Shown here: positions 57,192 through 64,000 of the stretch, piece after piece
Numbering within the stretch: position 1 is the first letter of the stretch
Layout of the letters: each line of letters starts with the position of its first letter
Assembly (NCBI GenBank): GCA_036676985.1
Contig: JAKFBU010000076.1
Coordinates: 64,001-128,000 of the forward strand
Reading direction: 5' to 3'
Origin: Candidatus Sericytochromatia bacterium
Lineage (GTDB): Bacteria; Cyanobacteriota; Sericytochromatia; S15B-MN24; UBA4093
DNA length: 64,000 nucleotides
Program-made: the position numbers and the translations under genes
Notes under the pieces: generated by a model
The model's database searches: none
What the model was told of the DNA's origin: nothing
What the model saw: the letters and a program-made list of their open reading frames with translations, nothing else

Positions 57192-57494
57192 CTAGCGCCC
57201 CATCAGGGCCTTGCGGGCGGTGGGCTCGATGAGGTCCGGCGACCAGGCCGGATCCCAGACCAGCTTCACCTCGACGTCCGTGACGCCCGCGAGCTCCTTG
57301 GCGGCCGTCTCGACGCCGTGGATGATGTGGGGGCCGAGCGGGCAGCCCCGCGAGGTGAGCGTCATGTCGACGAAGACCTTGCCCGCCTCGTCGATGGCGA
57401 CCTCGTAGACCATGCCCAGGGTGATGATGTCCAGGCCGATCTCGGGGTCGATGACCGCCTTCAGGGCGTTGCGGACGGCTTCTTCGGTTGGCAT
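57192..57494 (-). CDS. DUF59/SufT-like metal-sulfur cluster assembly factor
   Basis: VIDPEIGLDIITLGMVY, MTLTSRGCP, VWDPAW. Confidence 0.9.
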   Translation of the reverse strand: MPTEEAVRNALKAVIDPEIGLDIITLGMVYEVAIDEAGKVFVDMTLTSRGCPLGPHIIHGVETAAKELAGVTDVEVKLVWDPAWSPDLIEPTARKALMGR

Positions 57495-57529
57495 GGGTTA
57501 CTCCTTCCAGAGGGCTCGCGCGGAGCCGG

Positions 57530-58792
57530 TTAACGACGCAGGACCTGGACCAGCATGAGGACGACGGTGAAGGCGCCGACGGAGGCGATCGCCCCTCCGA
57601 CCTGCACGCCCGGTCCCCAGCCGGCGACGAGGGAAACGGCGAGGGCGACGAGCCCCGCGTGGAACGCCCAGCAACCGGTCCGGCCGAGCCGCTCGTCGTA
57701 GAGGTCCTTGACGAGCGGCACCTTCTTCTTGCCGACCAGGGTGCTGTAGCGGTGATACCAGCCGAGGAACGGCATGATCTTGTAGAACCAGCCCAGGATG
57801 GACAGCGTGATCCAGCCGCCGAGGGCACTCGCGCCGTAGAGCGCCATGAGGCGCGGGGCCGGCACGCCGGGCACGGGGACTCCCCAGGCCAGGAGGAGCC
57901 CCGCCACGCAGGCCACGGCGAGGTAGGCGAGCGAGCCGTACGAGATGATGAGCCCCACGTCCAGCTGCCGGCGGGTGCGGCCCTGGTACATGCGCCAGAC
58001 GTCGTGCATCCACAGGAAGCTCGCGAGGGCCATGAGCGTGGCGCCGAGCTGCACGGGCCATGCGAGCTGCGCGAGGCTGCCCCCGGCGACCCCGAGCACG
58101 CCCACGGTGCCAAGACCCAGCACGGGCCAGGCGAAGCGGTCGACGAGGTGGGTGACGGCGAACATGGGCACCAGCTGGTAGGAGAGCCCGAAGATGAGCA
58201 GGCTCGCCGAGCCGAAGGCCGCGAGGTGCGCATGGGCCACGAGCGCGTTGGCGAGCGGCACGGCCCCCTCGGGGGCGGCGTAGCCCAGGACCCGCAGGCC
58301 GCCCACGGCGCCTGCGGCGACCAGCATGGCGAGCGAGACGGCCATGTAGGCGCCGACCCGGTTCCAGGTGGCGCGGGTCATGGAGATCGCGATGTTGACG
58401 AGGAAGGCCAGGACGGAGAGGAGCACCAGGGCGCCCCCGATGCCGAGGATCCGGGTCTGCCAGGTCCAGAAGCCCACGACCATGCCGAGCGTGCCCGCCA
58501 GGTACGTGCCGAAGGTCGCCTTGCCGAGCGGCTCGCTCCAGATGCGGGCCAACAGGACCACCGGCACCAGCTGGTAGCTCGCGCCCATGATCATGGAGAG
58601 GATGCCGCCCAGGGCGAGGAGGTGGGTGAGGGCGAGAAGGCGCGGGGTCCAGGTGGTCTGGACGAGCTCGCCGCCGAAGAGGGCCATGCCGAGGAGCGAC
58701 AAGAAGACCGAGCCGACCCCGAGGATGAAGTAGCGGAGGGGCAGGGAGAAGGAGGGGCTGCGGTCCGTGGCGATCGCGCTCGGCATGCTCAT
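57530..58792 (-). CDS. ~12-TM His-containing membrane protein
   Basis: THLLALG..GASYQLVP, AHAHLAAFG..YQLVPMF, YKIMPFL.W.HRY..VGKKKVP. Confidence 0.75.
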   Translation of the reverse strand: MSMPSAIATDRSPSFSLPLRYFILGVGSVFLSLLGMALFGGELVQTTWTPRLLALTHLLALGGILSMIMGASYQLVPVVLLARIWSEPLGKATFGTYLAGTLGMVVGFWTWQTRILGIGGALVLLSVLAFLVNIAISMTRATWNRVGAYMAVSLAMLVAAGAVGGLRVLGYAAPEGAVPLANALVAHAHLAAFGSASLLIFGLSYQLVPMFAVTHLVDRFAWPVLGLGTVGVLGVAGGSLAQLAWPVQLGATLMALASFLWMHDVWRMYQGRTRRQLDVGLIISYGSLAYLAVACVAGLLLAWGVPVPGVPAPRLMALYGASALGGWITLSILGWFYKIMPFLGWYHRYSTLVGKKKVPLVKDLYDERLGRTGCWAFHAGLVALAVSLVAGWGPGVQVGGAIASVGAFTVVLMLVQVLRR

Positions 58793-58794
58793 GG

Positions 58795-59334
58795 TCAGTG
58801 GCCTCGGCGGATGGTGATGCGGAAGTGGCCTTCGGGCAGCTGCTCGGTCCGGTGCTCGAGGCCAAGCTCCTCGAGCTTGGGGTAGAGGAGCATCGGCTGG
58901 CGCTCGTTGAGGGCCTCCAGGGCCTGTCCCGGGGCGAGCTGCTGGGCGATGGCGAGGATCCGCACCATGGGCTCGGGGGGCTCGAGGCCGCGGTTGTCGA
59001 CCTCGACGAGCGTGGGGGTGACGACGATGTTCTGCCGGCGCAGGCCTTCCACGTCGCGCAGGTCGTAGAGGGGGGGCTCCTCGTCGTCCGCCGTCTGGGC
59101 GCTGCCGCCGAGCACCGCGCGCGCGTTGAGCTCATGCAGGAAGCGCTGGAGCTTGTCGTCGTCGAAGTGGTGCATCTTGGCGGCGCCCTGGATGGTCACC
59201 AGGTGGGCGAAGGTCCGGCGCATGAGGGGATTCTTGAGCGGCTTGAAGCCGTAGGCGACGAAGACGTCCAGGGTCTGGGGATAGGCCTTCAACGCCTGAT
59301 CGACCTTCATGCCCGGGGTGATGAGCGTTTGCAT
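58795..59334 (-). CDS. DUF1858 + DUF2249 fusion protein
   Basis: VFVAYGF.PL.NP..R; DNRGLEPPEPM..IL, PMLLYPKL. Confidence 0.8.
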   Translation of the reverse strand: MQTLITPGMKVDQALKAYPQTLDVFVAYGFKPLKNPLMRRTFAHLVTIQGAAKMHHFDDDKLQRFLHELNARAVLGGSAQTADDEEPPLYDLRDVEGLRRQNIVVTPTLVEVDNRGLEPPEPMVRILAIAQQLAPGQALEALNERQPMLLYPKLEELGLEHRTEQLPEGHFRITIRRGH

Positions 59335-59367
59335 CCGTCTCCTCCTCTGGTGCGTAGCGTTGGCCTC

Positions 59368-59470
59368 ATGTTACGCCGCGGCGCCGGGGGGGAGTATGAG
59401 GGCCCTCATATTTCCCAAACTTGGCAGTATGAGCTAGCTCATGGAAGCCGGTCGGAGCTTGGTTTAACCT
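59368..59470. promoter_or_regulatory. Back-to-back motif-A class II promoters
   Basis: TATGAG-GGCC-CTCATA (29.5 bp to TAACAT, minus strand) and TATGAG-CTAG-CTCATG (29.5 bp to TAACCT, plus strand). Confidence 0.8.
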
Positions 59471-59505
59471 GGTTACACAAATCGCCTCTTGAAAGGAGCT
59501 TTTCC

Positions 59506-59736
59506 GTGAGTGACCCCCTCATCCTCGACGTCCGCGTCATCCCGCCCGCCCAGAAGCACCCGACGATCTTCCAGACCTTCGACGCGCTGGAGTCCGGCCA
59601 GTCGTTCGTGCTCGTGAACGACCACGATCCGCGGCCGCTGCGCTACCAGTTCGAGTTCGAGCGTCCGAACGTCTACTCGTGGACGCCGCTCGAGGAAGGC
59701 CCCGTCGAGTGGCGGATCCAGATCGGCAAGCAATAA
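59506..59736 (+). CDS. DUF2249 domain protein (76 aa)
   Basis: AAAGGAG RBS; LDVRVIPP..KH..IF, NDHDPRPL.YQF, GP..W. Confidence 0.88.
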   Translation: MSDPLILDVRVIPPAQKHPTIFQTFDALESGQSFVLVNDHDPRPLRYQFEFERPNVYSWTPLEEGPVEWRIQIGKQ

Positions 59737-59750
59737 CCCCGGCCCCTTTC

Positions 59751-59779
59751 GCCCGCTCGGACCTCCGAGCGGGCTTTTT
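59751..59779 (+). terminator. Intrinsic terminator
   Basis: GCCCGCTCGG-ACCT-CCGAGCGGGC-TTTTT. Confidence 0.8.
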
Positions 59780-59833
59780 GCATGGCGCGGGGGCATTGGT
59801 ATCGCTGACGTCGGATGCCACCGAGTCGCGACC

Positions 59834-60005
59834 CTGGACCCCCGCATTCGCGAGGGTGACGGGAGCGCCTACTCACGCATCGACGACGAGCCTTCTTTGG
59901 CGCCAAGGCGGCCTCTCGTGTCGAAGGCCCATCACCGGGAAGTCCATCGAAGGCCCATCACCGGCAAGTCGGCCCTCCCGTCACCCTCGCGAATGCGGGG
60001 GTCCA
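59834..60005. repeat. REP-like pair enclosing a 26-bp tandem duplication
   Basis: REP units at both ends; TCGAAGGCCCATCACCGG.AAGTC twice at 59921-59970. Confidence 0.8.
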
Positions 60006-60170
60006 TCGTAGGCTCTCCGGCCGTCTGGGTCGGCGTCGGCATGCAGAAACAGCAGCGGCGATTCCAGATTCTGATCTCAACTCACCTTAAAATCGCCAAA
60101 AATGCCATCCTTCATCGTGAGTTCTCAGTATTTTTCCTCGGGGTCGGGAAACTACCGATCTTCTCCGCTT

Positions 60171-60188
60171 TATGAGAAAGCTCAAAGA
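60171..60188. promoter_or_regulatory. Motif-C site upstream of nirK
   Basis: TATGAGAAAGCTCAAAGA; weak motif B at 60142-60158. Confidence 0.55.
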
Positions 60189-60260
60189 AAACCTCCCTTG
60201 GCGGGCGTAGGTTGTGGACAACGAAAGGGTTTTGACCCGCACAAGAGAAAGAGGTCCCCC

Positions 60261-61331
60261 ATGTCCCGTCGCCTGTTCAACGTTGCCCTGCCCGCCCTCC
60301 TGATCGCGTCGGCCGTCGGCACCGCCGCCTACGCCCTGGCCGGCACGGCGCCCTTCAAGATGGTCTACGGCGCCCCTGAGGCCAAGGTCACGAGCACCGC
60401 CTACACCGGCCCCTTCACCGAGGGCGGCGACGTCGTCACCCAGACGCCCGTCCTCAAGGCCGTCCCCGCCGGCAAGACCCACCGCGTCCGCCTCGACCTG
60501 ACGCACAAGCTGGTCGAGGTCGAGGACGGCGTCAAGATGGAGGGCTGGACCTTCGGCGACACCGTCCCGGGCCCCACCGTCCACGTGCGCCAGGGCGACA
60601 AGGTCATCTTCACCATGACCAACCGCTCCAGCGAGGCCACCAACGTCACCTACCCGATGCCCCACTCCATCGACTTCCACGCGGCCATGGTCAACCCGAC
60701 CGACAAGTACCGCACCATCGGCCCCGGCCAGTCCATCGACTTCGAGTGGACCGCCAACTACCCGGGCGTCTTCATGTATCACTGCGGCACCCCGATGCTC
60801 CTGCACCACATGGTGATGGGCATGTACGGCGCGGTCATCGTGGACCCCACGGGCGGCTACCCCGACAAGGTGGACCGCGAGTACGTCCTGGTCCAGTCCG
60901 AGCTCTACACCAAGCCCAAGGACGCCAAGAACCCCAAGGTCCTGACCACGGACATCGAGAAGGCCCTGAAGAAGCAGCCGACGCACGTCGTCTTCAACGG
61001 CAAGGTCGGCAAGCACGTGGCCGAGCCGCTCAAGGCCAAGCCCGGCGAGCGCGTCCGCCTGTACGTCCTCAACGTCGGCCCCACCGACACCTCGAGCTTC
61101 CACGTGGTCGGCACGCTCTTCGACAAGGTCTACCTGGACGGCAACCCCCTGAACGTCCAGCGCGGCCTGCAGACGGTCCTGTTGGGCTCGTCCAACGGCG
61201 CGGTCGTCGAGTTCGTCATCCCCGAGGAGGGGCGCTACCCCTTCGTGGACCACGAATTCTCGGACGCGAGCCTGGGGGCCGTGGGCTTCATCGACGCCAC
61301 CGAGCACGGCGGCCCCATCTCGGGCCACTAG
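60261..61331 (+). CDS. nirK: Copper-containing nitrite reductase
   Basis: PHSIDFH, YHCGTPMLLHHMVMGMYG, SSFHVVG, YPFVDH (T1/T2 Cu ligands and catalytic Asp/His). Confidence 0.85.
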   Translation: MSRRLFNVALPALLIASAVGTAAYALAGTAPFKMVYGAPEAKVTSTAYTGPFTEGGDVVTQTPVLKAVPAGKTHRVRLDLTHKLVEVEDGVKMEGWTFGDTVPGPTVHVRQGDKVIFTMTNRSSEATNVTYPMPHSIDFHAAMVNPTDKYRTIGPGQSIDFEWTANYPGVFMYHCGTPMLLHHMVMGMYGAVIVDPTGGYPDKVDREYVLVQSELYTKPKDAKNPKVLTTDIEKALKKQPTHVVFNGKVGKHVAEPLKAKPGERVRLYVLNVGPTDTSSFHVVGTLFDKVYLDGNPLNVQRGLQTVLLGSSNGAVVEFVIPEEGRYPFVDHEFSDASLGAVGFIDATEHGGPISGH

Positions 61332-61366
61332 TCACCGCCTGGAACGATTTCGAAAGGGGTAACACC

Positions 61367-61582
61367 ATGCGCTTCCTGATTCCCGCGGCCCTGCTCGCCG
61401 CCGTCCTCGTCCCCTCGGTCGCCGACGCCTGCACGCGCTGCATCTACCACGGCGAGGCCCGCGAGAACGCCGCCTGGCAGGTGATCCTGGCCAAGCCGGA
61501 GGCCAAGGTCGCCAAGACCGTACCGGCCAAACCCGTGCCGGTCCCCACACCGACGCCCACTCCCCGGCCACGCGCCAAGTAA
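61367..61582 (+). CDS. 71-aa secreted protein with N-terminal CxxC and a Pro/Thr tail
   Basis: Signal peptide ending ADA, then CTRCIYH; hairpin 61589-61620 follows. Confidence 0.65.
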   Translation: MRFLIPAALLAAVLVPSVADACTRCIYHGEARENAAWQVILAKPEAKVAKTVPAKPVPVPTPTPTPRPRAK

Positions 61583-61693
61583 CGATGCGAGCCCCCGCGG
61601 ATGACCTCCGTGGGGGCTCGCTCCATGCGGGCGTGGTAGCCGAGCGCCGGAAGCGGTAAGATGGAGCGGGTGCGAACGGCACCGGGAGGTATC

Positions 61694-62404
61694 ATGGCGG
61701 TCCTGACTCCGACCCCCGCCGATCTGCGGCAGCTGGAGTTCTTCAACAGCCTCGCCGAGAGCGAGCTCGAAAGCCTGGCGCAGCGCGCGCGCCTCATCCG
61801 CCTCGACGGCGGTCAGGCGCTCTTTCACGAGGGCGAGCCCCTCGAGGCGGCCCTGCGCTTCGTCTACTCGGGCGGCATCCAGATCCGCAAGACGGCTGCG
61901 AGCGGCAAGGAGACGGTCCTGCGCCTCATCCGCCGGGGCGAGCTGTTCGGGGTCGCGGCGTCCTTCGATCGCAAGGTCGCCCCGGGCTCGGCGATCGCCA
62001 GCGAGCCCACCCAGGTGCTCGAGATCCCCATGCACGACCTGATCGCCCACCTCTCGACCACGCCCGAGATCGCCCTCAAGCTCCTCATCACCTTCGCCCA
62101 GCGCCTGCGCGAGTCCCAGGACACGCTGCACATGGTCATCTCCGGTCGTGCCAAGACGCGCCTCGCGCGCCTCATCCTCACGACCATGGACCAGGACGGC
62201 GCGGTGTCGGGCCCGGACGGCTACCACCTCAAGACCAAGCTGCCCCATGCGACCATGTCGCGCATGGTGGGCATCACCTACGAGGAGTGCGTCCGGCTCA
62301 TCCGGGACTGGTCCCATGACCCGGCGATCCTGCACTACGAGCGCGGCGGCGTCATCACCGTGCACGACCGCGCCGCCCTGGAGCGGCAGGCCCAGGACGA
62401 GTGA
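61694..62404 (+). CDS. Crp/Fnr-family regulator (Dnr/NnrR-like, no Fnr Cys cluster)
   Basis: LFHEGE, GELFG, RLARLIL, HTH GITYEECVR; GGAGG RBS. Confidence 0.88.
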   Translation: MAVLTPTPADLRQLEFFNSLAESELESLAQRARLIRLDGGQALFHEGEPLEAALRFVYSGGIQIRKTAASGKETVLRLIRRGELFGVAASFDRKVAPGSAIASEPTQVLEIPMHDLIAHLSTTPEIALKLLITFAQRLRESQDTLHMVISGRAKTRLARLILTTMDQDGAVSGPDGYHLKTKLPHATMSRMVGITYEECVRLIRDWSHDPAILHYERGGVITVHDRAALERQAQDE

Positions 62405-62406
62405 GA

Positions 62407-62505
62407 TCCGTAGCCGGAACGTAGGCAAAAAACCCGCATCTCCAGTGCCGGAGCGGGGGTGGGGTAGTTTTCCCGGATGATCCCGCAGGCCCTTCCTGAG
62501 ACAAT
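62407..62505 (+). promoter_or_regulatory. Two motif-B boxes and promoter of the usp-kinase-regulator operon
   Basis: TCCGTAG-CCG-GAACGTA and GGGGTAG-TTT-TCCCGGA; the latter is 31 bp from GACAAT. Confidence 0.6.
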
Positions 62506-62530
62506 AAGAAATGTAAGGAGGGAATGCGCC

Positions 62531-63016
62531 ATGAAAATGTTGCTTGCCACTGACGGTTCCGCGTACTCGCGCCTGGCTCTCGAAAAGGCGGTCGATCTCG
62601 CGACGGTGACCGGCTCGGAGGTTCTCGTCCTGGTCGTCTCGCAGCTGGTCAACCTGGGGTCGGTCGGCCCCATGGTCTATGCCCCCGAGAGCGGCTTCGA
62701 GGTCCCCACCAAGGAGGAGAGCGAGGCGATCCTGCAGGAGGCCTCCGAATTCCTGGCGGCCCGCAACATCCCCCACCGCACCACCCGCCGCATCGGCCAG
62801 CCGGCTGAAGCCATCCTGAGCGTGGCCGAGGACGAGCATGTGGACCTCATCGTGATGGGCTCCCATGGTCGCACCGGTCTGCAGCGCTTCTTGCTGGGCA
62901 GCGTCTCCAACCAGGTCGTGAGTCACTCCCCGGTGTCGGTCCTGGTCGCCCGTGGCCCGAAGTCGGAGACGGGCACGGCCGAAGAGCCGACCGTGCAAAA
63001 AGCGGTTAAGATTTAG
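62531..63016 (+). CDS. Universal stress protein
   Basis: ATDGS, DLIVMGSHGRTG, LGSVS. Confidence 0.92.
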   Translation: MKMLLATDGSAYSRLALEKAVDLATVTGSEVLVLVVSQLVNLGSVGPMVYAPESGFEVPTKEESEAILQEASEFLAARNIPHRTTRRIGQPAEAILSVAEDEHVDLIVMGSHGRTGLQRFLLGSVSNQVVSHSPVSVLVARGPKSETGTAEEPTVQKAVKI

Positions 63017-63026
63017 GGGGAATGCC

Positions 63027-63779
63027 ATGTGCGGCTCCATAGCGGCGAACGGAAAGCTCCTCATGCCCGATACCGATGAACTCTGTCCGGACCCCACGTG
63101 CGATCACCGTCGCACGCTGGAGGATCGTCGGCGCCAGCTCCTGAAGCGGCTCATCGCCCTCCAGGAGGAGGAGCGGCGCCAGGTGGCCCGTGAGCTCCAC
63201 GAGGGCGCGGGGCAGATGCTGACGTCCTTGTTGTTCGGCCTGAAGATGCTCGACGGGGCGACGAGCCTCGAGGAGGTCAAGCGCTTCTTGCCCGACCTCA
63301 AGACGCAGACCTGGGAGGCGCTGGAGACCATGCGCCAGATCTCGGTGAACCTGCGCCCGCCCCTCCTGGAGGATCTGGGGCTCCCCTCGACCGTGCGGTC
63401 GTACGCGCGCGACTTCGCGGCGCGCCACCAGATGGACGTCTTCTTCTCGCTGCATGGCGAGGATCGCCGGCTCGATCCCATGACCGAGGTGACGGTCTTC
63501 CGCATCGTCCAGGAGGCGCTCGTCAACGCGGGCAAGTACTCGCAGGCGACCCAGGTGGCGTTGTCCATGACGTTTACAAGCGATCAGCTTCAGGTCAAAA
63601 TTGAGGACAACGGGGTTGGTATGGACACCGCCCACCTCACCCGCGCGGGCAGCGCGGTCGGGATCATCGGCATGCAGGAGCGGGCCGACTTCGTGGGGGG
63701 CACCTGTACCATCGAGTCGACGCCGGGCCGGGGGGTCAACGTGACCCTGTCGGTGCCGCTCGCCGAGGAGTCCCACTAG
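63027..63779 (+). CDS. Minimal cytoplasmic HisKA_3 kinase (NreB/NarX-type core)
   Basis: ERRQVARELHE, LRPPLLEDLGL, FRIVQEAL.N, DNGVG, GMQER. Confidence 0.88.
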   Translation: MCGSIAANGKLLMPDTDELCPDPTCDHRRTLEDRRRQLLKRLIALQEEERRQVARELHEGAGQMLTSLLFGLKMLDGATSLEEVKRFLPDLKTQTWEALETMRQISVNLRPPLLEDLGLPSTVRSYARDFAARHQMDVFFSLHGEDRRLDPMTEVTVFRIVQEALVNAGKYSQATQVALSMTFTSDQLQVKIEDNGVGMDTAHLTRAGSAVGIIGMQERADFVGGTCTIESTPGRGVNVTLSVPLAEESH

Positions 63780-63800
63780 GAAGGAACAAGTAGCCAATCC

Positions 63801-64000
63801 ATGTCGTACGAATTCACCGAGCCGGTCCGGATCATGCTGGCGGATGACCATGCCATCCTCCGGACCGGCCTTCGCCTGATGCTCTCGAGCGTTCCCAACC
63901 TCGAGGTGGTGGGCGAGGCCACCAATGGCAAGGAGGCCCTCGAGAAGGCCGAGGAGTTGCACCCGGACCTGGTGGTCATGGACATCACGATGCCCGAGAT
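63801..64000 (+). CDS. NarL/NreC-family response regulator (truncated by window end)
   Basis: IMLADDHAILRTGL, VVGEA, PDLVVMDITMP. Confidence 0.88.
   Translation, partial: MSYEFTEPVRIMLADDHAILRTGLRLMLSSVPNLEVVGEATNGKEALEKAEELHPDLVVMDITMPE

Noticed and set aside
59921-59970. Possible CRISPR repeats
   Set aside because: Only two adjacent 26-bp units with no spacers and no cas genes

Overview
GC-rich chromosomal window from a diderm bacterium (it has TolC, lipoproteins and a beta-barrel candidate); the taxon cannot be fixed from the sequence. About 50 kb (12-64 kb) is a micro-oxic/denitrification island. It holds cbb3 oxidase ccoNOQP-GHIS, cytochrome cd1 nirS with nirE-C-F-D-L-G-H-J-N, and cNor norCBQD with a di-heme NorC. 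It also holds a copper nirK, a DUF2249/DUF59/12-TM/hemerythrin module, a Crp/Fnr regulator and a NarL/NreC-type two-component system. The intergenic DNA shows three recurring operator motifs, two with very consistent spacing to -10 hexamers; one such promoter has no credible ORF behind it (candidate sRNA). The left end encodes a compact peptide-export system: a double-glycine precursor, a C39 ABC exporter with two cNMP-like domains, HlyD, TolC and a tandem-PilZ protein. Also present are a soluble-adenylyl-cyclase-like STAND protein next to an sbtB-less sbtA, an AT-richer LuxR/secreted-protein/lipoprotein islet, several small genes missed by the ORF track, and several palindromic repeat families. 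No rRNA, tRNA, CRISPR array or transposase was seen. All calls are by eye; no database searches were run.
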